A stretch of DNA of 64,000 nucleotides from NCBI GenBank assembly GCA_038087875.1, contig CM075990.1, forward strand, positions 8,372,001-8,436,000. The letters are read 5' to 3'. Each line of letters begins with the position of its first letter. Within the stretch, counting starts at the first letter, position 1. The notes under the pieces were generated by a model. It was not told the DNA's origin and ran no database searches. It saw nothing but the letters and a program-made list of their open reading frames with translations. Position numbers and translations under genes: made by a program. This document shows positions 23,866 to 35,540 of the stretch, one piece after another. Origin of the DNA: Malacoraja senta. Its lineage: Eukaryota.

Positions 23866-24745
23866 GATTTAGGGAGCTAGTTTTAGCTCTTCGGGTTAAA
23901 GGTATCATGGTATATGGGGAAAAAGTAGGAATGGGTTACTGACTTTAGACGGTCTGCCATGATCATATTGGCTGGCTCGAAGGGCTGAATGGCCTACCTC
24001 TGGTAGACAAAATTGCTGGAGAAACTCAGCGGATGCGGCCCGAAATGTTACCTCTTTCCTTCGCTCCATAGACACTGAGTTTCTCCAGCAATTTTGTCTA
24101 CCTTCGATTCTCCAGCATCTGCAGTTCCTTCTTGACCTACCCCTGCACCAATTTTCTATATTTCTATGTTTCTATGATATGACAATAAACTCGACTGGAC
24201 TGCCTATATTACATTCACCATTTCTATTAATATGATACAAAATTATGTGATAGAACTTTAATTATCCCAGGAGGGAAATTCAGGACATAGGCTCATAAGG
24301 AATAGGAGTAAAATTAGGCAATTTGGCCTGTCAAGTCTACTCCACCATTTAATCATGGCTGATCTAACTCTCCCTCCTAACCCCATTCTCCTGCCTTCTC
24401 CCCATAACCTCTGACACCCGTACCAATCAAGAATCTATCTATCTCTGCCTTTAAAATTTCTATCCAGAGTTGCTGCCTGTCTCGCTGAGTTACTCCTGCA
24501 TTTTCATAAGATCATAAGTCATAGGAACAGAATTAGGCCAATCAACCCATCATGTCTACTCCGCCATTCACTCATGGCTGATCTATCTCTCGCTACTAAC
24601 CCCATTCTCCTGCCTTCTCCCCATAACCTCGGACACCCTTATTGAACAACAATCTATCTATCTCTGCCTTAAAACTATCCACTGGCTTGGCTTGGCCTCC
24701 AATTACTTCTGTGGCAAAGAATCCCACAGCTTCACCACCCTCTGA
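23866..24745. mobile_element. Cluster of CR1 3' tails (one +, two -) with hammerhead-repeat fragments
   Basis: Tails at ~23866-24178 (+, interrupted at 24003-24135), 24290-24460 (-) and 24508-24745 (-). Confidence 0.7.
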
Positions 24746-24990
24746 CTAAATTGGTCTGCCAAAAATCATAAAACACGACAAGGTACATGAAACATGAAAT
24801 TAAAGTGATGAGTGGAAAGGATTGGGGATGTGCAAAGATTCGGGGGGGGGGGGGGGGGGGAGTCCGTCTACCCCATGACAGGAGGGAGAGGAGTTGTACA
24901 GTTTGATAACTGCAGGGAAGAAGGATCTCCTGTGGCGTTCTGTGCTGCATCTTTGCGGAACCAGTCTTGGTGGACCACCAACCTTGGTGG
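24742..24990 (-). mobile_element. Rex1/Babar-type LINE 3' end
   Basis: RLVPQRCSTERHRRSFFPAVIKLYNS on minus. Confidence 0.7.
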
Positions 24991-26066
24991 AACTGGCGCA
25001 AGTAACCAATCTAAAGGATGCGTAGTGAGCCATTTCTCCATAGAACGCCTTCAATCAAAAGCCCTAGTCCATGCGTAAGATTTATACCAACACTTTGCTT
25101 TCAAAAGCTCAGCTTGCCACTATGGTCAGATCAATTCAGCACCACAGGAGCTATTAAAAAGAGCTCTTAACAGGTTGGAGACTCCAATACAAGATTGTTA
25201 TTGCAATAATTATCAGTGTGAAAAGCAAGGTTGCAGTGGCAGCTTGATCAGAACCTCAGCTTTGAAGAGTACCTCGTTTTGGGCAGGTTGGGTATCAAAG
25301 TGGCATGCATGCATTTGCATAATTGGGTCTTGTGTTGCACAGGATGGCACACTATTGAGAGCACCGGCACATCTGCACTAAACATTTGCTGGAGTTAGAT
25401 GGTGAAATCAATCACTGTGCAATGCCAACTTAGTCTTTTGGAACTCAAAGCTCCAGGCTGAGCCTCTCACGGCTAAGCATGCACACAACAGCAAGGATTC
25501 TAGATTCTTGATTAGTACGGGTGTTAGGGGTTATGGGGAGAATGGGGTTGAGAGGGAAAGATAGATCAGCCATGATTGATTAGCGGAGTAGACTTGATGT
25601 GACGAATGGCCTAATTCTGCTTTTAGAAATTATGAATGTTTGAATTGTCCTATTGAATTGAAGGGAACTACTGCATATAGGTTCATTACTGTTTCCGACC
25701 TTGTCGTTGCTTGACTTTGGGGCTTTTCTGGGCTTATTCATGTTATATAAACTCCAAACCGCCGGGTGCTAACTTCAAGACTTTTACCCCGTATCACTTT
25801 GTTCCAAACATAGAATAATGTTGCTAGTTATTTCCCTTGAAATACAGGGGCTCGCTGGAAATGGAAGATCTGACCCATGGAAGCATGATTTTATACAAAT
25901 TCCTCCATAAATTTTCAAACAAGTTAATTACCGAAATGAAAACGGGTGATCATCAACAACTGAATTCAGCATACGTTTAATTACCGGCAGTGTTGAACAA
26001 TGATGGTGTTTAACGAAATGAAATTATATGATGAACAAAAATGAAATTCAATGAAATGTTTACAAG

Positions 26067-26787
26067 CTTATTGTCACGTGTACGATGTACAGTGAAAATC
26101 TTTCGTTTGCGTGCTTTCCAGTCAGACTAAACATACAATATTACAATTGTCATTCACAGTGCACAGATTAAAGGGCCTGTACCACTTTCACGACCTTATT
26201 CACGACCTCTGCTGAGTTTGCCCTTGACTCATACTCGCAGCATGGTCGTCACGAGGTCGTAGGAGGTCGTAGGTAGGTCGTGATGCTAATCATAGGTACT
26301 CGTGGCATCAAGTAGGCCGGGGCGTTGTTCTAGCCTGATGAAAAATGTCCACGAGTAGAAAAGGTCGTGCATTAGGTCGTGAAAGTGGGACAGGCCCTTT
26401 AGAGATAAAGTCCAATTAGAGATAGTTTAAAAGTCTCCAATGAGGTAGATGGAAGGTCAGACTGCACTCTCGCTGATGTGAGGACCATTCAGTTGCCTGA
26501 TAACAGCTGGGAAAAAATCTCCTTGAATCTGATGGTATGTGTTTTCAAACTTGTGCACCTCTTGCCTGATGGGAGAGGGGAGAAGAGGGAGTGACTGGGT
26601 GAGACTAGTCCTTGATTATGCTGGTGGCCTTGCCGAGATGGATTAAATGGAAGGGAGGTCAGTTTTCATGATGGTCTGGGCTACGTCCACAACTCGATCA
26701 TTTTTGCAGTCTTGAATAGAGCTGTTCCCAAACCAGGCTGTAATGCATCCTGATAAAATGCTTTCTATGACACATCTGTAGAAGTTA
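26067..26787 (-). mobile_element. Rex1/Babar-type LINE 3' fragment interrupted by a MITE
   Basis: NFYRCVIESILSGCITAWFGNSS...AQTIMKTDLPSI, plus a 3' UTR matching 970-1366. Confidence 0.85.
26172..26398. mobile_element. Complete ~227-bp MITE with ~36-bp TIRs
   Basis: AGGGCCTGTACCACTTTCACGACCTTATTCACGACC vs GGTCGTGCATTAGGTCGTGAAAGTGGGACAGGCCCT; flanks TAA and TTA. Confidence 0.85.
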
Positions 26788-27389
26788 AGGCCGTGTCTTA
26801 CCTGTTTGCGGTCATCGGCGGTGAAGCGCGGTGTAGACGGTAGCGAGGACCGCGCGGCAACGGCGAGAGCGTCGAGCCTATCCACCGGAGCGCCGCACGG
26901 ATGTTGCGCGGGGGCCGAGTTAATTCAAACACGGCGGGTCCCACGTGCTTGCGGTAAGTAAAAAAGGGCGGGCCGACTGCGATGACGTCGGCCCCCCGCA
27001 CGTGACTCACCAGCGGCGGCTGTGGCGGCGGCCATCCTGATCGCGGCGCTGTAGCGGTGGCTGTGCCTGCGGCCGCGCAGCACACGTGCCTCACTGGCGG
27101 CGGCACGTGCGTCACTGGCGGAGGCTGTGGCAGAGGAGGTTTGACGCACGGCGCTCGACCCACACTGGCGGCGGCCCGTGCGAGCGGCCGTGCGCACTCG
27201 TGCATCACTGGTGGAGGTTGTGCGGTGAGTATAGTGTTTTCGACATTGTCGATTTTATTTTTGCACCGCATGGTGTTGGGAACACCGTCGCACGGCCCGG
27301 GAATTGTTCTTTCTCACGAGTGCGCGGTCTATGGCGGCAGATTCTTCCCGTTTCGCCGCCAATGACCGCAGATTCGTGAGACAGACCTT
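26788..27389. mobile_element. ~600-bp GC/CpG-rich non-autonomous TIR element
   Basis: Imperfect ~38-bp TIRs (AGGCCGTGTCTTACCTGTTTGCGGTCATCGGCGGTGAA / TTCGCCGCCAATGACCGCAGATTCGTGAGACAGACCT); TTA on both flanks; sharp GC boundaries. Confidence 0.7.
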
Positions 27390-27390
27390 T

Positions 27391-27720
27391 TAGAGTCATA
27401 GAGAGAATCATAGAGTGATACAGTGTGGAAACAGGCCCTTCAGCCCAACTTGCCCACACGTGCCAACATGTCCCAGCTACACTGGTCCCACCTGTCAGCA
27501 TTTGGTCCATATCCCTCCAAACCTGTCCTATCCATGTACCTGTCCAACTGTTTCTTAAACGTTGGGTTAGTCCCTGCCTCAACTACCTCCTCTGGCAGCT
27601 CGTTCCATACACCCGCCACCCTTTGTGTGAATAAGTTACCCCAGAGATTCCTATTAAATCTTTACCTCTGGTCCTCGATTCACCTTCGTGCTCTGCTCTG
27701 TGCATCAACCCGATCTATTC
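27391..27720 (-). mobile_element. CR1 3' end
   Basis: Reverse complement of the 15940-16275-type sequence with a (TCTATGAC) tail. Confidence 0.85.
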
Positions 27721-28109
27721 ATCAAGTTGGTGAAAGAATTATGAGAATGAAAGAAAGAAAGATCCTTAAAGAAATACAAGAAACACATTCAGAGTGATAT
27801 AGTCTAATGAATTGATAGTATGTGGGGCAAATTTATTCTGATAATGGATTTCAGACCCCAATCCTATTTAATTATCTTTTTTCTCAAACCTGGTCTTGTG
27901 GGCGAATTATTGCATGGGTTTCTAAAAATCTACCACATTAGTATCAATAACAAATCATTTTTTAATGCATTAAGGAACAAATTGGCAGTAGCTATATAAA
28001 CTCAAGGTCGTTTTGCATTGTTATATATATTAAAATGTAGTATTGCTTTAAGATTGATACAAAACCAATACCCTGCTATCGACATTCCATCTCACACCTT
28101 AGTCCCTCT

Positions 28110-28386
28110 TTTTAGTTTAGCTTAGAGAGTACAGTGCAAAAACAGGCTCTTCGGCCCACCGAGTCCGCGCTGACCAGCGATCCCCGCACATTAACACTAT
28201 CGACATACATCAGGGACAATGTACAATTTTACCAAGCCAATTAACCTACAATCCTGTACGTCTTTGGAATGTGGGAGGAAACCGGAGATCCGGGGAAAAA
28301 CCCATGCAGGTCACGGGGAGAATGTACAGACTCCGTACACCCTTAGTCAGGATCGAACCCGGCTCTACCGCCGCGCCACCGTGCCA
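28110..28386 (-). mobile_element. HE1-like SINE with a small internal deletion
   Basis: Family match. Confidence 0.88.
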
Positions 28387-28889
28387 CAGCGACTCTTTTG
28401 CCAGTCATTTCTGCGCTCGCTGACTTGCACTGCCTTAAAACAAAGTAAGTTCATGGAGAGAGCTCTCAGGAACAGGAGTCTCATGAAACCCAGGGGCTAG
28501 TTGTAATGGATAACAGGGAGAATGAGCAGAAGGCACACCAAGCAGCATCAAGTGTTGGAAGAGAAGGAGAAAGCTTCCAGACAGAGACTGTACTCACAAG
28601 GCCATTCACGGAGACACTGAGCTGTTCTGCAATATAACAATGGGTGAGAGTTCTGTCAAAAGAGATTCTTACTGAAATCTTCCCTTACTGCAGCCACAAG
28701 TGTAACCACGAAGCGGGGCAAGATGTTGCAACTATCTCTCGCTCCTACCAGAAGATGTCAGGAACAGAAAAGTATTTGCTACATCTAACTTTATGCTGGT
28801 GATGCAATCTTACTTAAATTCTAGATTTATCCAGCATTTGAGCTTTAACTAAGAATCCAGTGGTATTCGCTACCAGACTAAAAGCAGGG

Positions 28890-29332
28890 GTGTAGGAAGG
28901 AACTGCAGATGCTGGTTTACATCGAAGATAGACACAAAATGCTGGCGTAACTCAGCGGGTCAGGCAGCATCTCTGGAGAAAAGGAACATAAGACGTTTTG
29001 GGTCGAGACCCATCAGACTTAAAAGCGGGGCTTACTGAGGTACAGCACTCAAGCAAAACCTGATTATTATTTATTCTGTCTCAATAGAGAGAGAATATAT
29101 AGCTTTAGATAGACACATAAAACTGGAGTAACTCAACAGGTCAGTCAGTATCTCTGGAGAAAAGGAATCGATGACGTTTCATGTCGAGACCATTCTTCAG
29201 ACTGAAGAAGGGTCTCGACCCAAAACATCATCTATTCCTTTTATCCAGAGATGCTGTCTGACCCGCTGAGTTACTCCAGCTTTTTGTGTCTATTTTCAGT
29301 TTAAACCAGCATCTGCAGTTCCTTCCGGCACA
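28890..29332. mobile_element. Penelope-derived hammerhead repeats: single arm 28890-29018 and inverted pair 29109-29332
   Basis: Junction TTCTTCAG-A-CTGAAGAAGGGTCTCGACCC. Confidence 0.8.
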
Positions 29333-29891
29333 AGTATATAGCTTTGCTATATTACAGGCTTCTTTGCCATAGACTGCACGCACATTATACTGCACTCACA
29401 TTATTTGCCCAGCTCTGAATTACAAATGGATTCCAGTCCACAACCTGGATCAGGTGTGTGAGCTCAGGTGGTGAATCCCGCAGGTTTGGGCCAGCTATCC
29501 TGGCTGCGTTCCGCATGTCTTCATTCACCAGCAGCTGTTGCACCAGCTGCATTCAAGCCTCCAGTGGCCTACTTACTGCTTGTCAGAAGATGTTTGCTAA
29601 CAATATGGGTGAGGACTCTGGTGCACACCTTTGAGCACAGGTGGGGACCACCTATGGACACAGTGAAATCCACGATACTGCGCTTGATATCTGACAGAGC
29701 ATGGTAATGGTTGCAGACACTGTGCTTCCACAGCCTGATCCACACCTGGTACACCGCAGAGCGCTTGCCAACCTACCCAGCAGAAGCGCAGGGTACTTCC
29801 AGGTGTTGAGGAGTAGGAGAAAGAAAGCAATCTAGATAGGCCATGAATCCATGAATTAATTTGCCCTCTATCACTATCACTATAGCCCTAT

Positions 29892-30186
29892 GGGCAGCAC
29901 GGTGGCGCAGCGGTAGAGTTGCTGCCTTCCAGCACCAGAGACCCGGGTTGAATCCTGACTACGGGTGATGTCTGTACTGAGTTTGTACGTTCTCCCCGTG
30001 ACCGTGTGGGTTTTCCCCGGGTGCTCTGGGTTTCCTCCCACGTTCCAAAGATGTACAGGTTTGTTGGTTAATTGGCTTCGGTGAAGATTGTAAATTATCC
30101 CTAGTGTTAGTGTACGGGGGCCACTAGTCGGCGCGGACTCAGTGGGCCGAAGGGCCTGTTTCCGCATTGTATCTCTAAACTAAACT
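29892..30186 (+). mobile_element. HE1-like SINE, full length
   Basis: Family match. Confidence 0.9.
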
Positions 30187-31129
30187 GGACGTATGCTCCA
30201 AATGATCTCAGTAGCTTGCCTTTTCTCTGCCTTTGACCATCACATTGTCCACTGGGCCATGCACAATCCGCTATAAAGCAATGATTCAATCTAATATCAG
30301 TAAAAAATAGACATAAGGAACTGCAGATGCTGGAATCTTGTTTAGAACACAAAGTGTAGGAGTAACTCAGCAGGTAGTGGGTCCAGACTCTGCTGCTGTG
30401 TTTGAAGCAGAGCAGTGCACGGAATTATCAGCAGCCGAGGACTGCACGTTTGATTAAAGAGCTCCAGATCCCTAAAATGGCACAATGTGCTGCAATAACT
30501 TAGCAGCTCAGGCAACATCTGTGGAGAACATGGATAGGTGATGTTTCGGGTCGAGACCCTTCTACACACAGATTGTAGTGGGGCAAAGAAAGCTGGGAAA
30601 GGGGAGAGGGAGGGCAAAGCGTGACAGGTAATAGGTCCAAAATGCTGGAGTAACTCATCAGTACAGGCAGCATCTCTAGATAGAAGGAATGGGTGGCCTT
30701 TTGGGTCGAGACACTTCTTCAGGGATGCTGCCTGTCCCACTGAGTTAATCCATCAGTTTGTCATCTTCGATGTAGAACAGCAACTGTAGTTCCTTCCTCC
30801 AGTTAATCGGTCACATTAGGTTAATCGGTTAATAGGTAAAAGCTCCAGATCACCTGCTTGAAGGGTTGTCTCTGGCATGGCTGCAGTATGGGGCAGGAGG
30901 GCAGTATTGGTCTGGCTTACTCTTTTATAGCTGGCATGGACTTAATGGGCTGAATGGCCTTGGCCTGTGCTGTAAATCTAAAAGAGATTGCCCTTCCAGA
31001 TCAGGCATAGAAACATGGGGAATCGAATAGTGCCCAGCTGGTAGATCTACTGCCTGGCAGCTGCAGGCCTTGACTTCAATCCTGACTCGTGTGCTGTCTG
31101 TGTGGAGTTCGCACGTTCCCCCTTTTTTC

Positions 31130-31385
31130 CCCTTCTTAACAAGGGCGTTATTCAGTATTTGCACTTCACAGTGTACCAAAAGGTGCAAAGACTTGCAATA
31201 GTCACATTACATCTGGCGATCATTATAACACAATAATGGCATTTTTATCTACAATACGCTCCCCTCGGCGACCAGCGTTCACGGAAGGCCTCCAGAGTCC
31301 CCGTGGACACCGCGTGTTCCCTCGCCAGGGACACGCGAGCCCGGACATAGGCCTGGAAGAGGGGCAGGCAGCCGACACGGGTGTG
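31130..31385 (-). mobile_element. L1-Tx1-type LINE 3' end
   Basis: Minus strand translates CLPLFQAYVRARVSLAREHAVSTGTLEAFRERWSPRG, resembling Tx1 ORF2 C-termini. Confidence 0.6.
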
Positions 31386-31975
31386 ACCCAAGTGTATCTA
31401 CCCATCTATTCCTCACATGATTTTACACACATTCTTGAATTGCTGAGGCTCTTTGGCCAACCACTCATTTGTACACATCCTACTCTTTATTTTACTTCCC
31501 CCCCCACATGTTCCCACATGCAGATTATATCACTGACCGACATGTTAGGAGAAATTTGCAGTGCCCTTGCAACCTATCATGTTTCATTCCTGCACATGTC
31601 GTTTTATACAGTGAATGCTCAGAGGCCTTTATTGTTACACTAAGTATGACAGAAATTCTTGAGCTGGGAAATGTGCCTTCTTTTGAGTTTATTTGACAAA
31701 TATTTTTCCGCAACCAAACCGGTTACAAAGTGAGCCTAGAGGGTTTGAATCTGACAAGACATTTCACCTCCATACAGAACTGGATTGGAGTTATTAATCC
31801 ACAGCGATAGCTAGTTATCCCGATATTGGACATTTCCAGAAACTTGCTGAAGTAACCCTTGTAGCTAAATCATTGCCCTGTGATTAGCACTAATTGGGTA
31901 ATTAAACCATTTGGATTTCTGAAAATTCTGCAATTTCAGTAATTTAAAGGGTTGCGTATTTCTAAATCTAGAATA

Positions 31976-32425
31976 GGGGCGACACGGTGGCGCAGCGGTA
32001 GAGTTGTTGCCAGAGACGGGGTGGAAGATTGCAACCTTCACGTGGTTCGTGAAGCTCTGTTTCGACGAATGCAATCAACCAAATAATCAAATAACATCAA
32101 ATAGAACAAGTTGTCCTACAACTTTAGGCTGTGCACGCCACACGCAAGAAGAAGAAGTAGCACCTGGGTTCGATTCCTGACTGCGAGTGCTGTCTGTACG
32201 GTGTTTGTACGTTCTCCCCGTGACCTGCGTGGGTTTTCTCCGAGATCTTCGGTTTCCTCCCTCTTTCCAAAGACGTGCATGTTTGTACAATTATGCATTG
32301 GCTTGGTAATTTGTCCTTCGTGTAGGATAGTGAAAATTTGCGGGGATTGCTGGTCCGCGCGGACTCGGTGGGCCGAAGGGCCTGCTTCTGAGCTGCACCT
32401 ATAAAACCCAAAACTAAAACTAAAT
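31976..32425 (+). mobile_element. HE1-like SINE interrupted at 32018-32157
   Basis: Head stops at CCAGAGAC and resumes at CCTGGGTTCGATTCCTGACT. Confidence 0.85.
32018..32157 (+). mobile_element. ~140-bp short retroelement with an HDV-like ribozyme head (P1 3' strand damaged) and a (GAA)n tail, copy 1
   Basis: GGGGTGGAAGATTGCAACCTTCACGTGGT...GTTTCGACGAATGCAATC...GCTGTGCACGCCACACGCAAGAAGAAGAAG. Confidence 0.75.
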
Positions 32426-33025
32426 CTAAGTAGGCAAGACGTTAGGAAAGCATCAATATCTAATGCATGGGACTGGTTAATTGTGGCTGATATTTGAAAA
32501 TGCATTCATAAATTTAACGTAATTATCTGCTATTGATATCATTGCTTTTATCATTCAGAACATGTGTTGGAAACTCATTGCTGGATTTAATCTTGAATGC
32601 TGTTATATTCCATACGGGGAAGTGCTGGGTTTTTTAAAAAGATCTTAAAATGTCTGCAATATGACCCTGAGCAATCTCTGTCAATCAGGATAGATACCTA
32701 ACATTCATATGCCTCACTGCAGATTCACTCACTTACTGCTATAAATCACATCTCTCAGATTGCCTACGTGACCAGCTATTTGACCGTGACGGGCATAACA
32801 CCCGAATACATGGCATAGCTCTCACTGCCACTCTTCCCACCCACTTGCATGACAAGTGGAGCACTGCAGATGCCACAGGAGTATAAGAAACAAACTGCAC
32901 GGAAACATGTTCCTTTTACACTAATCCTACCCTAACTCATTTTATTCTTCCCCACATTCAATGGATATTTGTTAAGGCAGAGATAGATAAATTCTTGATT
33001 AGTATGGGTGTCAGTGGTTATGGGG

Positions 33026-33276
33026 GGGGGGTGGGAGATTGCAACCTTCTCGTGGTCCACCCTGTTTCGACTAATGCAATCAACCCAACGTGCACAAGCA
33101 AAAGATCAAATGGGGTCTCGAACCAAAGAAGGGTCTCGACCCGAAACATCACCTATTTATTTGCTCCATAGATGCTGCCTCATCTGCTGAGTTTCCCCAG
33201 CATTTTTGTCTACCATCAAATAGAACAAGTTGACCTACAGCTTTAGGCTGTGCACGCCATATGCAAGAAGAAGAAA
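33026..33276 (+). mobile_element. Same short retroelement, copy 2, with TSD TGGTTAT(GGGG), interrupted by a hammerhead-repeat fragment
   Basis: TGGTTAT at 33015-33021 and 33277-33283; the inner insert is flanked by ATCAAAT (33105-33111, 33215-33221). Confidence 0.8.
33028..33081 (+). ncRNA. Compact HDV-like self-cleaving ribozyme (predicted)
   Basis: P1 GGGGTGG/CCACCCT with a G1-U wobble; P2 GATTGCA/TGCAATC; P3 ACC/GGT; L3 TTCTCGT; rudimentary UUCG P4; J4/2 CTAA with candidate catalytic C33071. Confidence 0.78.
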
Positions 33277-34787
33277 TGGTTATGGGGAGAAGGCAGGGGA
33301 ATGGGGTTGAGAGGGAGAGATAGATCAGCCATGATTGAACGGCAGAGTGGACATGATGGGCCAAATGGCCTAATTCTGCTCCTATAACTTATGAACTTAT
33401 TCCCATTAACGCACCCACCTTTTACAGTGGCCAGTGATCCTACCGACCCATCATCTTTGGGATGTGGGAGACAATCTAAGCTCAGGAGGGAATTGCACGA
33501 TGTCATAGGGAGAACCTGCCAACTCCATAAAGACAGAACTTGAGGTTAGAATTGAACCCGGGTTGCTGGAGCTGTGAGATGGCAGATCTATTAGCTGCAC
33601 TTAAAGGGGAACAAGAGAGAAGCATTTCATGGGGATTGCTGATCCTGTGATTATGGCAGGCAGAGGGATGATAAACATTGAAGCCATGAGCTTCAACACA
33701 CAAGGTGGCCGTATCTGGAAAGTGCTTCTCGGTGAAGTCATCGAAGCAAATACATTTACAACTTTCAAACAACGTTCAGGACGATATATGTGGAGACCAT
33801 GTCAACGGATATCTTTAAGACGGACATTGACAGATTAGTACAGGTATCGGTGGTCATGGGGAGAAGGCAGGAGAATGGGGTTGAGAGGGAAAGATAGATC
33901 AGCCATGATTGAATGGCGGAGTAGACTTGATGGGCTGAATGGTCGAGTGGACTTGTTGGGCAGATTGGCCTAATTCTTCTCCTACAATGAACTTAGGAAC
34001 TTATGAAACATTTAAAGGAATATGTGTAGGAAGGAACTGCAGATGCTGGTTTAAACCGAAGATAGACACAAAAAGCTGGAGTAACTCAACAGGACAGGCA
34101 GCATCTCTGGAGAGACGGAATGGGTGATGTTTCAGGTCGAGACCCTTCTTCAGACAGGTCTCGTACAAGTGCCAAGTACAGCCGAATGGGACTAGCTCAA
34201 CAGTTTCAACTTGGTCAGCATGGACAAGGTGGACCGAAGGGCCTGTTTTCATACTGTACAGTTCTATTATTCAATGACACACAGGCTGAGAAGTGCAGGA
34301 GCAGCAACAGGCAGTGATAAGGCAAACACAAGCCGCTTGATTCCTCATCTGCAACCTCCAGCTCAGATCACGAGGCGCCCTGTGTAATCCAGGGCCAAGC
34401 ATGGAGGTGGCAGCTGCTTGTTGTTCACCAGACATGTAGCCCCTAGCCTGGGCAAGGGGAAGAGATGGCGTAGGAGTTAACTCCCAGGGAATGAGGAAGC
34501 GCATGAGCCCTGGTGCTCGGGACTCCGCTGAGTTTTTTAACGGAACAGACTGCAGGCAAAGGCTAACTTATTTGCATGTGAAAAGCTCTGGTGCATTGGG
34601 AAGGCAGCCAGCAAGCTTGCTCCATGTGGAGGAGGGCAGAGGGTTCTGGCTCCAGCCTGTCACCGGACTTGCTCAAGTGTGGAGCCCATCTAGTGTGGTT
34701 CCAGGTGATTATCAGGATAGCTGTGGCACTGCCTGGGGTTAATAAGACACGACCCTCCTGCCCTCTCTCAGAACAGCTGTACTGCGT

Positions 34788-35540
34788 TTTAAGGTGAGGG
34801 GGGAAAGATTTAATAGGAACCTGAGGGGGTAACTTTCTCACGCAAATGGTGGTAGGTGGTATGGAACGAGTTGCCGGAGGAGGTAGTTGAGGTAGGTACT
34901 ATTGCAATGTTTAAGAAACATTTACACAGGTACATGGATTGGACCGGTTTAGAGGGATATGGGCCAAATGCAGGCAGGTGGGACTAGTGTAGATGGGACA
35001 TGTTGGCCGGTGTGGGCAAGTTGGGTCAAAGAACCCATTTCCACGCTGTAAGACATAGAGTCGACTGACCATTTATCTTCCCTCTCAGTCCCAAGTGGTG
35101 AACCTCGCTTTGACCAATTCTAGACCATGGAGAAAAGAGCTGCTTTTGGGTGATTGAAATCTCAATGATTTTTCGAACCCATGGTTATGGGTTCGAAAAA
35201 CATTTAAAACATTTAAAACATTTTATTCAGGATAACCCAGAGTAGGGGGATCAAGAACTAGAGGATATATGTTTAAGGTGAGAGGGAAAGATTTAATGGG
35301 AATCTGCGGGGCAATTTTTTCACGCCCAGGGTGTGGGAGTGGGGGGGAGGGGGGTTATAGAATGAGCTGCCAGAGGAGGAAGTTGAGGGAGAAACTATAA
35401 CGACATAAAAAAAACCCATTTGAACAGGTACATGGATAGGAAATGCGTGGAGGAATATGGGTAAACATGGGCAGGAAGGACTAGTGTAGATGGGGCACCT
35501 TTGTTGGCTCGGGCAAGCTGGGCTGTACCACTCTATGATA
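34788..35540 (+). mobile_element. Two tandem CR1 3' ends (34788-35050 and 35235-35540)
   Basis: Both match 16000-16275. Confidence 0.8.

Noticed and set aside
23396..23908. 170-aa antisense ORF
   Set aside because: Shadow of the GC-rich coding exon on the opposite strand
26798..27379. Overlapping ORFs in the GC-rich block
   Set aside because: Stop-poor because of GC content; no recognisable domain; bounded by TIRs
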